Below, piece after piece: positions 21,836 through 33,575 of a stretch of 64,000 nucleotides of DNA. A program made the translations under genes and the position numbers. The DNA is from a virus, in the IMG/VR virus record IMGVR_UViG_3300012204_000008, positions 41,458-105,457 of that record; one strand, written 5' to 3'. Each line of letters opens with the position of its first letter. The first letter of the stretch is position 1. The notes beneath the pieces were generated by a model. It was given only the letters and a program-made list of their open reading frames with translations. It was not told the origin of the DNA and ran no database searches.

Positions 21836-23155
21836 ATGGCGATCACCGCTGTCAATAAACTCTCCGAGCACTCGGCCACGTCTGGAACGTCTTTCACGAC
21901 CTCTGGCTCGGTGACACCCGCGGCCAACAAACTCTACCTCATCACCGCGAACGCGCGGGTCAGCACCGGTTCGGTAAATCCACCCGAGCCGACCATTACG
22001 GCGTTCGGCTTGACGTGGGTTCTCGTCAATAAGACGGACTACGACGCGTCTGGCGCCGACCGCCAGTCTGCACACGTGTTTCGTTCCATGGGTGGGTCGC
22101 CTAGCTCGGGAACAATTCAAGCCAACTACGGTTCGTTTACTTGCAACGTCTTCGAGATCGTATGCGACGAAGTCAGCGGTGTAGATACGTCAGGTACGAA
22201 CGGTTCAGGCGCGATCGTCCAGTCGAACTTTGTAGTGACGGCTTCCGGCGTGTTCAGTGCAGATGTGACGCTGAACGCCTTCGCCGACGCGACGAACAAC
22301 GCGGCGTACGGAATGATCACCCACGCCTCCACCAACTCGGAAGCACATACCGTTGATGCGAGCGGCGGCTACTCCGCGCTCGCAAACACAGCCGTGACCC
22401 TTACCGCGACGCTAACGGAGTACAAGGTCGGCCAGGACCTGACGGTGTCCGGATCGTGGGTTACCGGGTCACGTGGTGGCGGCGTAGCAATTGAGCTGAA
22501 GGCAGCTTCTACCGGTACATCAGCACCGGCTGGTGCTACCGCTGGTTCTGGCGTAGCACCACAACCAACCCCCTCAGATGCGCCGAATGCTGGTACTACT
22601 GCTGGAACAGGTGTAGCCCAAACTCCTACGGCCAAGGACTCAGTAAATACAAATGCCGTAGCTAGTTCGGGTGTTGCACCACAACCAACAGACGTCATTT
22701 CTAGTAATGCAAACCTAGCCAGCGGATCAGGAGTCTCCCAGCAACCAACTGAGATCATTGCCGCATCGGCAGACTCAACTAGCGGAACAGGAGTTGCACC
22801 ACAACCGACAGTTGTTACTGGTGGCTCAACAAACGCACCGGCTGGACTCGCAATCGGTAATGGTGATACGGCTACAGCTAGTAGTTTAATTCAAGCGAAA
22901 GCAGGAGTCGCAAACGGTGATAGTGCAGCGCTTAGTGTTTTATTCAGTACACCAACTGGACTGCAAGCTGTAGCGGTCTCTGTTTCAGAGATTGACGTCT
23001 CGTGGAACCCAGTAGCATGGGCGGCTGGATATGATGTCGAGCGTGACAGCGAGGCTAGCCCAGTATTCGTAGCTGCACCAGCTACGTCGTATCAACACAC
23101 TGGTCTCTCACCTGGCACCGAGCACTTTTATCGTGTTAGAGCAGTGCATCCATAA
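21836..23155 (+). CDS. Minor structural protein with SGxGVAPQP repeats and C-terminal fibronectin type III domain
   Basis: PTGLQAVAVS.SEIDVSW...YDVER...SY.HTGLSPGT.HFYRVRA FN3 signature. Confidence 0.7.
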   Translation: MAITAVNKLSEHSATSGTSFTTSGSVTPAANKLYLITANARVSTGSVNPPEPTITAFGLTWVLVNKTDYDASGADRQSAHVFRSMGGSPSSGTIQANYGSFTCNVFEIVCDEVSGVDTSGTNGSGAIVQSNFVVTASGVFSADVTLNAFADATNNAAYGMITHASTNSEAHTVDASGGYSALANTAVTLTATLTEYKVGQDLTVSGSWVTGSRGGGVAIELKAASTGTSAPAGATAGSGVAPQPTPSDAPNAGTTAGTGVAQTPTAKDSVNTNAVASSGVAPQPTDVISSNANLASGSGVSQQPTEIIAASADSTSGTGVAPQPTVVTGGSTNAPAGLAIGNGDTATASSLIQAKAGVANGDSAALSVLFSTPTGLQAVAVSVSEIDVSWNPVAWAAGYDVERDSEASPVFVAAPATSYQHTGLSPGTEHFYRVRAVHP

Positions 23156-25704
23156 TGGCTATCACTCACGATAATGTAAGCCGGAACACCGGCGATATTG
23201 ATACTACGATTCATAACGCAAGTTGGTCCTGGACTCACACCGCCATAGGAACCGTTTCTGGTGTCGTGGTAGTTGTAGTTCAGGAGGGAAACGCCGACGC
23301 GATAACCGATGTGACGTACGGCGGCGTCGCTCTAGCTCGGCAAGTATACATTCAGCGTACCGCGACGGAAGCTGGCGCCGTCTACATCTACTTCCTCGGT
23401 ACGGGCATACCGCAAGGCAACCAGACGATCGCCATTACAATGACAGGAACACTGGACACCCAGGGTTACTGCTACACGATGACTGCTGCATCTGGGCAGG
23501 ACACCGCCGTTGACACCGTTGGCTCTCAAGATCTAGGTGTCATCGCTAATCCGTCTATCACGATAAATTACTCCGGTACCTTATCAGGTTGGGCGGGGTA
23601 CGCGGGTCACTTCTACGGCGCGGCTGCGCCGGTTAGCACCGGACTACAGACCGGGGAAACGTACGCATTCGGAGTAGACCTAGGCGCCGCTGCCGGCATG
23701 TCTTATCGGAGGCACGGCGGCGCAAACGCTGCGGCGTCCACGTACGGATACACTACACTATCCTCTGACGACCAAGTTATCGCTGCCATTATAGTAAAAG
23801 AAATAGCTGCTAGCACTAATGCACCGGCAGGACTTTCCTCCGGAACAGGTGTTTCACAACAACCAAACTCTTCAATAAAAGCAACCTCTATTGCTGATGA
23901 TGGTTCAGGCGTCTCTCAAGCTCCAATCAGCAAAGTTAATCCACCAGTTATAGAAACAACTGGTTCCGGTGTCGCTCAAACTCCAACAACTACAGCAAGT
24001 GGAAATGCACTCCCACCTGAAACTAACGGTAGTGGTGCTGTTTCACAATCAAGTGTTCGCATAGAAGCTAATGCTGGAGCGGCTAGTGGTACAGGCGTCG
24101 CACCACAGCCGTTTGCAGATCTCGGTGGTACGCAGGCACCAGCAGGACTTTCTTCTGGAACTGGTGTATCCAACGCAGCAACAATGAGATGGACATCTGA
24201 CTGGACAGGGCCGGTAAGTGCCACCACACAAAGCGGTACGCAAGCACCAGCAGGACTTTCTTCTGGATCGGGGGCAGCTCCGTCTTCTAGTGTTTCAATC
24301 TCTGTAAACGCCGGTATAGCGAGTTCCAACGTAGTTGCGCATGAACCTTCTAAATCAATAGCAGCAAACGCAGACGTAGCAAGCGGCACCGGCGTCGCAC
24401 CACAGCCTACAGTTCAAACAACAGGCGCGACGAATGCACCCGCTGGACTAGCGAGTGGAATTGGTAACGCATTCGGGCCAACAAGCACTTCAAGTGGCAA
24501 TGCACCTCCAGCAGTCGCATCTGGTTCAGGTAGCGCCGCTCAATCCTCAATCTCTGAGCTAATAAATGCTGGCGCAAGCTCTGGTAATGGAACTGCATCA
24601 CCACCGTCTACGACTGCAAGCGGTAACGCGAATGCTGGTTCTAGCTCAGGGACTGGAGTATCACCACAACCAACGATAGTTACTGGAAGTATTGCGCATC
24701 CATCAGCGGCAGAAGGAAGTGGCGATTCACTACAACCCGGACCCGCTGTTAGAGCACCTGTCGGACTCTCTTCAGGAAATGGAGTTGCACAGCAACCAAC
24801 AAGTACCTCCAGCGGAAATGCTGCACCGCCTACCGCGACAGGTTCTGTGGTTTCTCACCAACCTACTCTTCAACTTTCGTCAAATGCCAACGCCGATGTC
24901 GGGAATGGAAACGGAGTCGCATTACAACCAACAAGTACTTCTAGCGGGAATGCCTTGCCCCCTTCTGCTACTGGACAAGGAATCTCCCTTCAACCGACCA
25001 TCGTAGTCGGGAGTATAGCCAATGCAGGACTTTCCTCTGGAAATGGAGAGGCTTCAACTCCAAACTCTAAAGTTACTTTCTACGCTGGGCTAACTTCTGG
25101 TTCAGGAAACTCTAACCCTTCTATTGCTAATATAGGTCCTTCCTCAGGTCTATCTCAAGGAAATGGAGTTGCGCAACAACCAACAGAATCTTTGAAAACG
25201 AACGCAGATGTTTCTTCCGGTTCAGGAAACGCTCCACTAACAACGGCAACAACATTCAAATACATAAACGCGGCATTAGCTTCTGGTTCAGGAGCTGCGA
25301 ACGCCATTAAATCAATTCTAGGACCAACTGGAGTTATTGCTTATGGAGACGGAGCCGCTCCTCAACCGTCTACACTTATCAATATGGCCGGAACCGGTCC
25401 TGCCGGTTTAGCTAGTGGTAGTGGTATTTCCTATTCTTCTAGTGAAAAGATAGAGCCTATTAGTGCAGTCGCCAATGGTAGTGGCGTCGCCCTATTCACT
25501 GGCTGGAGCGTCAGTGCTAATGTAGGAGTAGCAACTGGTATAGGTGAGGCATTCTCGGTTATATCAGTTGGAGTGGCAACTACATTGAGGATACGAGTCT
25601 CTGGAGCAGAAAGCGCGTTGTCTTTTAGCGGTAGAGAAAATCCACAACCGTTCTCAGGATTGGAAAGTCCTTTAGCTGTTAGTGGCATAGAACCAGGGAC
25701 GTGA
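23155..25704 (+). CDS. Ser/Gly/Thr/Ala-rich repetitive minor structural protein
   Basis: Many [15 protein letters not shown] repeats after an N-terminal beta domain. Confidence 0.65.
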   Translation: MAITHDNVSRNTGDIDTTIHNASWSWTHTAIGTVSGVVVVVVQEGNADAITDVTYGGVALARQVYIQRTATEAGAVYIYFLGTGIPQGNQTIAITMTGTLDTQGYCYTMTAASGQDTAVDTVGSQDLGVIANPSITINYSGTLSGWAGYAGHFYGAAAPVSTGLQTGETYAFGVDLGAAAGMSYRRHGGANAAASTYGYTTLSSDDQVIAAIIVKEIAASTNAPAGLSSGTGVSQQPNSSIKATSIADDGSGVSQAPISKVNPPVIETTGSGVAQTPTTTASGNALPPETNGSGAVSQSSVRIEANAGAASGTGVAPQPFADLGGTQAPAGLSSGTGVSNAATMRWTSDWTGPVSATTQSGTQAPAGLSSGSGAAPSSSVSISVNAGIASSNVVAHEPSKSIAANADVASGTGVAPQPTVQTTGATNAPAGLASGIGNAFGPTSTSSGNAPPAVASGSGSAAQSSISELINAGASSGNGTASPPSTTASGNANAGSSSGTGVSPQPTIVTGSIAHPSAAEGSGDSLQPGPAVRAPVGLSSGNGVAQQPTSTSSGNAAPPTATGSVVSHQPTLQLSSNANADVGNGNGVALQPTSTSSGNALPPSATGQGISLQPTIVVGSIANAGLSSGNGEASTPNSKVTFYAGLTSGSGNSNPSIANIGPSSGLSQGNGVAQQPTESLKTNADVSSGSGNAPLTTATTFKYINAALASGSGAANAIKSILGPTGVIAYGDGAAPQPSTLINMAGTGPAGLASGSGISYSSSEKIEPISAVANGSGVALFTGWSVSANVGVATGIGEAFSVISVGVATTLRIRVSGAESALSFSGRENPQPFSGLESPLAVSGIEPGT

Positions 25705-26048
25705 TCATGAGCATCAGAATAGATACATCTGGCCCATTCGTTGTCGGAGAAAAACCTCCTCCAATTGTTTATCAATTTAAAGATTCAAATGGACTACCGA
25801 TTGACCTTAGTGCAGCGTATACAGCTAGATTTGTATATAGAGAAAAAAACGGCGTGGCTATAACAGTAAATGCGACAATAACAGATGTAACAAATGGAAA
25901 AGTAACATATACATGGACCGGCTCTGAATTTCCAACTTCGGGAGACTATTTTGCTGAATTTTGGGTCGGAAACGGTTCAAACAGATTTGCATCTCAATTG
26001 TTAGAATGGACAACTAGAACACCGGTTGGAGTAGTTCCTACCATTTAG
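25701..26048 (+). CDS. BppU N-terminal-like small structural protein
   Basis: DSNG.PIDLS...GKVTYTW...G.Y.AEFWV. Confidence 0.6.
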   Translation: MIMSIRIDTSGPFVVGEKPPPIVYQFKDSNGLPIDLSAAYTARFVYREKNGVAITVNATITDVTNGKVTYTWTGSEFPTSGDYFAEFWVGNGSNRFASQLLEWTTRTPVGVVPTI

Positions 26049-26058
26049 GAAAATAAAT

Positions 26059-26856
26059 ATGGCGACTAACTTTGGACCTTGTTCAAACTGGCCGGTTAAA
26101 TGGACTTGCGACGTAATGACAATTAGTCCAACCGTTACCGGGCAAGCAGTAGCGGCTGCAACAGAAGTTCTATGGGGGCTCAGTGGCCGCCGTTTCGGTA
26201 CCTGCTCAGTTACACTACGCCCATGCCGTAGAGAATGTTACAACGGTTCCTTTCCGCGTGGCTGGTATGAATGGGGAGGAGCAGGAGGGAGTTTCGTATC
26301 ACCACAACTGATTGGAGGTCAATGGTTCAACATCGTATGCGGAGAATGCGGCGACAACTGCTCGTGCAGCGCGCTATCAGAAGTCGTATTACCGGTACCA
26401 GTAAATACCATCACAACCGTTACAGTAGATGGCTCGCCACTCGTAACAGGAGCGTACAGAGTTGATGATAATAGAACGTTGGTTAGAATTGACGGTCTCA
26501 ATTGGCCTAGATGTAATAACCTGGAATTAGCAGATACAAAAGTAGGAACGTGGTCTATAACTGCAAAATATGGTGAAGAAATTCCTTCTTTAGCAGAACT
26601 CGCAATGGGAGAATTGGCCTGCGAATTTATCCGCGCCATTAATGGAGAAGACTGTAGACTGCCGAAGGGAGTGCAGAGTTTAGCAAGGCAAGGCGTAACT
26701 ATCAACTTTGAAAGTGCTGCTGACCTCTCGGAGTCTGGGAGGTTAGGTCTATATTTCTGTGATTTATTCATCAATACTTACAATCCAAAACATTTGAAGC
26801 GTCGTGCGCAAGTTTATAAGATAGACGAAAACTCTCCACGTAGAGTTGGTACATAG
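26059..26856 (+). CDS. Head-to-tail adaptor
   Basis: ATEVLWGLSGRRFG.C.V.LRPC, ELACEF, CRLP...RQGV. Confidence 0.75.
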   Translation: MATNFGPCSNWPVKWTCDVMTISPTVTGQAVAAATEVLWGLSGRRFGTCSVTLRPCRRECYNGSFPRGWYEWGGAGGSFVSPQLIGGQWFNIVCGECGDNCSCSALSEVVLPVPVNTITTVTVDGSPLVTGAYRVDDNRTLVRIDGLNWPRCNNLELADTKVGTWSITAKYGEEIPSLAELAMGELACEFIRAINGEDCRLPKGVQSLARQGVTINFESAADLSESGRLGLYFCDLFINTYNPKHLKRRAQVYKIDENSPRRVGT

Positions 26857-27375
26857 ATGGCTCACATCGGGGTTCATGCGCTGTATGAAATCGCATCTGA
26901 CGTTTTGGATGAGATCAAACAACGCATGCTTGACGGTGGTTTAGTTGAGCTTCCAGAAAGAATCGGCCTCTATCCAGGTGCAATCGCATGGGACGCTTGT
27001 GACTGTGGAATGCTCCTCATCGCCCCTACTAGGCAATACTTCTCTGAAAACTTTCCATTTGAAGAGGTAACCCTTACTGCTACACCATGCAACTTTCCAT
27101 GGCTCGTGATAGAGTACATAGTACAAGCCATTAGATGCGCACCATTACCGCAGGAAGGCCAACTTTTCCCGAGTCTTGTAGAGTTAGAGAGTTCTGCGAA
27201 AACTGTAATCCATGACTCCTACTATCTCCTAGAGGGCACAGCTAAGATCCTATGCTCCCTTAAAGAAAATAGAGAGATCGTTGACTATAGGATAACGGAG
27301 CTAATAGTGCAAGGACCTGAAGGTGGCTGTGTGGGAAGTGAACTACGATTCTCTACGGCTATTAGGAGGGGCTAG
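26857..27375 (+). CDS. Head-tail joining / tail terminator-like protein
   Basis: AWDACDCG, RCAP, GPEGGCVG; synteny. Confidence 0.55.
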   Translation: MAHIGVHALYEIASDVLDEIKQRMLDGGLVELPERIGLYPGAIAWDACDCGMLLIAPTRQYFSENFPFEEVTLTATPCNFPWLVIEYIVQAIRCAPLPQEGQLFPSLVELESSAKTVIHDSYYLLEGTAKILCSLKENREIVDYRITELIVQGPEGGCVGSELRFSTAIRRG

Positions 27376-27770
27376 TGCCTATATTTCACTCTATAAACTA
27401 TCCAGAAGTTACTAGATTACTAACTAGCCCTGGGGGTGGAGTCTCCAGAGATATACACAGAAGAGGGAGAAATGTAGAAAGGATGGCACAAAGAGTAGTG
27501 AGAAAGGATACTGGAACTTTAGCTGCTAGTATTCATACTGAAAGAATGATTCCAGTTGGGGTAAAGGTTGGCACGAACTTGAGATACGCTAGGTATGTTC
27601 ACTATGGCACTGGCATCTACGGCCCTTACCATCGCCCCATTACATCAAAGCGTGGAAAATACTTGGTCTTCTGGTCTAAGAAATACAATCGAATAATATA
27701 TACCAAAAAAGTCCGTGGCCAGACGCCAAACCCGTTCTTGCAGCGGGCACTTGTAGCGGCCTACAGATGA
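27375..27770 (+). CDS. HK97 gp10-like tail completion protein
   Basis: DTGTLAASI, YARYVHYGT, GQTPNPFL. Confidence 0.75.
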   Translation: MPIFHSINYPEVTRLLTSPGGGVSRDIHRRGRNVERMAQRVVRKDTGTLAASIHTERMIPVGVKVGTNLRYARYVHYGTGIYGPYHRPITSKRGKYLVFWSKKYNRIIYTKKVRGQTPNPFLQRALVAAYR

Positions 27771-27839
27771 CGGTAGGCTGTCGTCCAGGTTAGTGACTAG
27801 CCGTTATTTTCTATCTAGGCGAGAAGCCTCGGAGCGGTC

Positions 27840-28073
27840 GTGCCAAAAGAACGTTTATGGCTACGGGAGCAAAAGGCAGTAATCGTTGGATGGGAGAGAG
27901 ACGGAGGCTTCGTACAGATTGGAGTAGATATAGACGTACCGTTCAAAATCCAGGGAGAAGTTGGAGAAGAACTCCACTCCTCCCTTTCTGTCGATTTAAA
28001 CAGAGCAGATGTAAACAAACTTATCCGTACCCTTAGACGAGCTAGAGACCTAAGCATGGGCCGTGACGCATAA
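27840..28073 (+). CDS. Hypothetical protein
   Basis: GGAG RBS + GTG; VGW...VQIG...LNR.DVNKLIRTLRRARD. Confidence 0.6.
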   Translation: MPKERLWLREQKAVIVGWERDGGFVQIGVDIDVPFKIQGEVGEELHSSLSVDLNRADVNKLIRTLRRARDLSMGRDA

Positions 28074-28097
28074 TCGAAATGAGAGGCGTGATGCCTG

Positions 28098-28469
28098 ATG
28101 TCTGAAGACATCAAAGATTTCACAGTATCAACGGAAACAATTAAATTCAAGATCAACCAGGATATCTTCGAGGCTATACCAGATATTCCGGCCGGTAAAT
28201 TACTTGACTTTTCAGAGAGTCAAAGTGATCTTACTAAAGTTTCTCCAGAAGATAGAACAAAAGTCTTTGAAACGATGTTCACTCTCATATTGACTCCTGA
28301 GTCTGCTGAAAGATTTCTAAATAGACTATATGATCCAAAGAATCCAATTGGTATTAGAGTTATCAACAACTTGATCCCATGGATCTTTGAGCAGTATGGA
28401 ATGCGCCCTACCGAAGCGTTGCCGGGCTCATTGGATGGATCCGGCAACCCGGCGTCTGGCACGAAATAG
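28098..28469 (+). CDS. Tail assembly chaperone (G)
   Basis: Position before tape measure; WIFEQYGMRPT ending. Confidence 0.75.
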   Translation: MSEDIKDFTVSTETIKFKINQDIFEAIPDIPAGKLLDFSESQSDLTKVSPEDRTKVFETMFTLILTPESAERFLNRLYDPKNPIGIRVINNLIPWIFEQYGMRPTEALPGSLDGSGNPASGTK

Positions 28470-28753
28470 ACGGCGAATTTCCAACTACTGATCTTATGGA
28501 GCTGCCATTTCCAAAGTTTCTAAATGTTCTCTACTCTCAAATGATTAAACGTCTACCGCCATGGGAGGAAGGGAAACCTGACCCGAGAAAGGAGCTAGAC
28601 TCTAAGCTAGGAATTATCAACTGGCAGAACCCTTGGGAGGTTAAGTCTAAAGTTACTAAAAAGGCCCTTCCTTCTAACGCTCCATCTTGGTGGGGAGGGG
28701 ATCTCGAAGCTAGCCAGAGCTTCATAGCAGCTATGGGTGTCAGGTTAGACTAG
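28391..28753 (+). CDS. Tail assembly chaperone extension (T), -1 frame relative to G
   Basis: Frame open from 28391 (AVWNAPYRSVAGLIGWIRQPGVWHEIDGEFPTTDLMELP...), overlapping the 3' end of G. Confidence 0.6.
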   Translation, partial: AVWNAPYRSVAGLIGWIRQPGVWHEIDGEFPTTDLMELPFPKFLNVLYSQMIKRLPPWEEGKPDPRKELDSKLGIINWQNPWEVKSKVTKKALPSNAPSWWGGDLEASQSFIAAMGVRLD

Positions 28754-28777
28754 AAAAAGAAAGCGGGGTGGTTTGGC

Positions 28778-31700
28778 GTGGCGATTGTAGACCGCGCATA
28801 TTGACGTCGAAATCCTCCCCATATTTAATAACTTTACCAGGCAACTGAAAGAAGGAATAGACAATAGCTTAAGAGATGCCGATCGCTCTATCCAGCGTTC
28901 TTCTAAGGATATAGAGCGTACCTTAGGAGATGCCGGGAAAAGAGCCGGTGACAACTTTAGAAATAACTTTGCATCTTCCAGCAGAGACGCAACAGAGTCT
29001 ATGGGGCAGATGAAAGTTCACATCGTAAAATTCATGGGAGATATTGAGCAAGCCAAAGAAAGAGCGACAAAAAATATTAGAGACGGTTTTGATAGATCGT
29101 CACATGACGCTAGTAATTCGATTAGTGGATTTCGTGACCGTGCTCACGGTTCATTTAATGATGTAGATAACGACAATAAAAGAGTCCATAACTCTATTCG
29201 TAATGAATCTAATAGATCTGTAAGAGATATAGATAGAAATTTTGGAAGTCTAAAGCAAACTTTAATTGGAACGAATGACACAGCCCGCGACTTCTTCCGA
29301 ATCATGAGATTTCCTATTCTAGCTTCTGGGCTCTCGTTAGTAACAGGATCCGTTGCAAGACTTGGCTCTAGTTTAATCTCACTAGCCAGCTACGCCGGTG
29401 TAGCTGCCGGTGCGTTAGCTGCAATTCCATTAGCTGCTGGAGCAATAGGCCAGGGAGTTGGAGTCGTTGCAGCAGCTTTTACTGGAATTAAAGAAGCAGT
29501 TAAAGCAATGGATGCAGCACAACTTCAAGGAGTTCGTACTGCACAGACAACTGCAAATGCTCGTAGAACGGCGATGGAAGGAGTTAGAGAAGCAACTCTC
29601 TCTCTTAAAAATGCTCAACTTTCCGCAGCACGTAGCGTACAAGACGCAGAGATCTCCCTCTCAGATGCTCAACGTTCAGCGACAAGAGCACAAGACGATC
29701 TAAATCTAGCAAGAAAGGAGGCAAAGGAGAGATTAGAAGATCTCTCTATCTCCATAAAGGGCGCAGCATTAGATGAAGAAGACGCGATACTAGCCGTTGA
29801 AAGAGCTAGACAGCGACTTGCAGAAGTTAAGGCACCAAGAGCCAGCTTAGAATTCCGCGAAGCTGACTTAGCTTTACGCCAAGCCATACAACGCCTAGCT
29901 GAAATCAGAGAAAAGAACGCAGACCTTCGACGAGAAGCTGCTGCTGCCGCTAAAGCTGGAATAGAGGGTGACACTGGAGTTGTAGCTGCCAAGGAAAAAG
30001 TTTTAGATGCTAGTCGTAGAGTGGCAACAGAAGAAAGACAGCTAAGACAAGTAAGAGTAGACGCTGCTGCTAGGATAGCAGAGGCTCAGAAAGAACTTTC
30101 ACTTGCACAAGAAAAAGTTGCACGAACTGGGCAAGACGCCTCTGCTGCGCAAATCAAACTGACCCAAGCAATGCAGAAACTCAGTCCAGCCGGTAAAGAA
30201 TTCGCAACTTTCTTACATAGCAATTTTATACCCGCTCTTATTTCTATGAGAAATAAGGCACAGGAAGGCTTTTTACCTGGATTTCAAGAAGCCTTGGTAA
30301 AACTCTTAGACTTGACACCATTAGTCAACAAGACCTTTTTGGAAACTGGAAAGATAGTAGCTGATCTTACTATTCGTGGGGCTGAGATGGTTACAAGCGG
30401 CCCGTGGAAACGAGATTTTGCATTGGTAGCGGAGGCAAATGAAAGAGCAATTCGAAGATTCGGAGACGCGACCTTAATCCTAGCTCCTGCATTCCGCGAT
30501 TTAGCGATGGCGGCCCTACCTTTGCTAGATAGATTCTCTAAATGGACGGTAGTCGCAGCAGAAGCAATAACTAAGTTTATAGAGGCAAGAAAAGAGAGCG
30601 GGGCACTAGCCAAATTCTTTGACATGGCTGGTGATGCAGCGGCTCGGCTTGGCCGTATTGCTTTCAATCTCATAGTTACTTTATGGAATGTAGCCAATGC
30701 CGCCTTCGGGGCTGGAAACGTTCTTTCTGGATCCATAGAAGGAGCAACAAAGAAATGGGCGGATTGGACAAGTAGTCTAGAGGGACAAAACAAATTAAAG
30801 AAATGGTTTGACGACGCTATAGCCCCAACTAAAGCGGCAGGGGAACTCTTAAACGCCGTAGCAGGAAGCCTATTCAGAATAGCCGAAGACATAGATCTAA
30901 CTCCAATCATCAATCAGATTAGAGATCAACTACTCCCGGCAGTTGAAAGACTTGTAAGAAATGTTTCCGGAGACTTCTTAACAAGCCTTATTTCAACAAT
31001 CTCTAGTCTAGCCAATGTACTTGGAACTTTAGCAGCAGAAGGTGGTCCACTAAATCTATTCTTCAAAACGCTTACATTAGTTTTAGACACATTTGATAAA
31101 CTCATTGAGCTTCCAATAGTAGGAACATTCGTTAGTTGGGTACTAGCGGCTGCCGCAGTGGGTGGCGCAATCAAGGTCATAGCATTCGTTGCAGACGGTG
31201 TAGTCAGATCTCTCGGAGTACTAACAGGAGCTATAAGACTTGTCTTCCTAATATGGAATGCTTCTTTGATCATTGCCGCTCGTACAGCAGTGACTACAGC
31301 AGCTACAACGGCGGGCGCATGGCTAGTAGCTCTCGGTCCTATTGGTTTGGCGATAGCAGGAATCATCGCAACAATTGGATTGCTTGTAGCAGCCTTCATA
31401 TTTGCTTATAAAAAGAGTGAAACATTTAGAGACATAGTTAATGGAGCGTTTAAGGCTGTTAGCGATAAAGCAAAAGAATTATGGGATAAAAGCGTCAAGC
31501 CTAGTTTTGATAAGATAATAGAGATCTTGAGAAAGACTGGGGAAGAAATAGAGAAACTATGGAACGACTATTTCGAGCCATATTTTAGAGATGAAATAGA
31601 GATAGTTAAAGAGCTTGGAGAAACTTTCCTATGGTGGTGGCATAACGTAACCGAACCAACATTCAAAGGCGTAACACTCATAATCCAAACCTGGTATGAA

Positions 31701-33575
31701 ACTACATATAAGATTTTTATGGTGTTAACATGGTACATGCGAAATGTTCTCGGGCCAGTTATTTTCTGGATATGGAAAACTGTTTTCGCCGTCGCATTCG
31801 CAGGTATAACGATCATCATAAAAGTTTGGTGGTTTTATGTAAGCACCGTTTTCAAAGAATTCGTTTGGTATGTCAAAAATATATTAGCACCAATTGTATT
31901 ATGGTTATGGAAAAATGTAATTGAACGTTACTTTGGAGCAATGGGGAGAGGTATAGTAGTAGTTTGGGAACGTGTTATTAGACCGATCTTTGAAAAAGTT
32001 AAAGTTGGAGTTAAAGCTGTAGGAGATGCTTTTAGAATCGCTAAAGATTTTATTAAGAGACAATGGGACACTCTCTCGGCAATTCTCAAGAAACCAATTG
32101 ACATAGCTATTAACTTCATCAACAAACAAGTTATTGATAGAGTTAACAAATTCACCTCGCCATTCCATCTTACGATTCCCAAAATCGCCGGAGGCGGTGA
32201 AGTCCGAGGTCCGTGGCAGGGTCCGGCCGCAGATAATGTACTAGCAAGAGTTAATCCAAAGGAATACGTACATCAGGTAGCAGCAACGAAGTACTACGGC
32301 ATTCCGTTCATGAACGCCATTAACCAAAGAATGATCCCAAAGGATCTGCTCCAATCAGCAATACCGGGACTAGCTGGTGGTGGCCGTGTATTCCCACTTC
32401 CAGCTGGTTCATGGCGATACGTGCAAGGAACCGCAGGACACGGTTATCCAGCCGTTGACTATGCAGCCGCCGCTGGAACTCCAATTCGTGCAGCTTTGCA
32501 AGGATATGCTAGTGTTGTTCGGTTCCTGACAACTTCTTATGGTCGCCATGTTGCTCTTACCCACGCTGGAAATTGGAGCACGTGGTACGCCCATATGAAG
32601 AACATTGGAGTCACTGAAGGTCAACAAGTCCATGCGGGTGACCCCATTGGTTCAGTTGACAGCACTGGTAACTCAACTGGCAACCACCTGCACTTTGAAG
32701 TTCGCCGGCCAGACGGGCTGCGTGTAGACCCCCAGGCTTGGCTAGAAGGCGCAGCTATGACCGGTGGTGGCAACGTCTTCTCTAGTGCTATCGGCCTTGT
32801 ACGGCAACTCGCTTCAAAACTCGCAGCAGCAGCGTTCAGACCGATCAAAGCACTAGCTAATAGAATCATTGGTGGCAAGGACGGTAACTTCCGCGGCGTT
32901 CTGCAGAACATCGTCGGCCAGGGACTTGATAAAGTAGTTGAATGGATAAGAGGAAAGGAAGACGAAGTAGCGGCTACCGGCGCCGTCGGCGGTAACCTTG
33001 GCGCATGGATTCAGCAGGCTATCAAACTTACTGGAGTTCCTGGTAGTTGGGCAGGCGCACTTGCACGCCGTGCGATGTTTGAATCAGGCGGGAATCCAAA
33101 GGCCATCAACCTAACTGACTCGAATGCACGCGCTGGACATCCTTCAAAAGGTCTTATGCAAACTATCGATTCTACTTTCAATGCTTACAAGTTACCCGGA
33201 ATGAATGACATCTGGAATCCAGTACACAACCTAGCCGCAGCAATTCGCTATATCCTCGCCCGTTACGGCTCCATCTCTGCCATTGACCCGCCAGTAAGAG
33301 GATATGCAGACGGACTATGGCAAGCACTTAGTGATCAAGTTGCCATGATCCATCGTAATGAAATGATCATACCTGCTGGGCCAGCAGGACAAATTAGACA
33401 ATCACTTACGCAAGGCGGAGATGGTGCAGGAATTTATGTGGCACCCGGGGCCTTCAATGTCAATATTACTATAGCTGGGAACGTAGAAGATAGACACATT
33501 AATGAGATAAAAGAAGTTGTCCACGATGAGCTTTACGACCTTCTAAGAGAACTTAGAACTGGAGGCCGTAGATGA
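28778..33575 (+). CDS. Tape measure protein with C-terminal M23 peptidase and SLT transglycosylase; apparent frameshift near 28800 (first in-frame ATG at 29001)
   Basis: Long helical, Trp-periodic protein; H.AVDY, YAHM, TGNHLHFEV; FESGGNP.AIN...GLMQ; main frame open from 28791. Confidence 0.9.
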
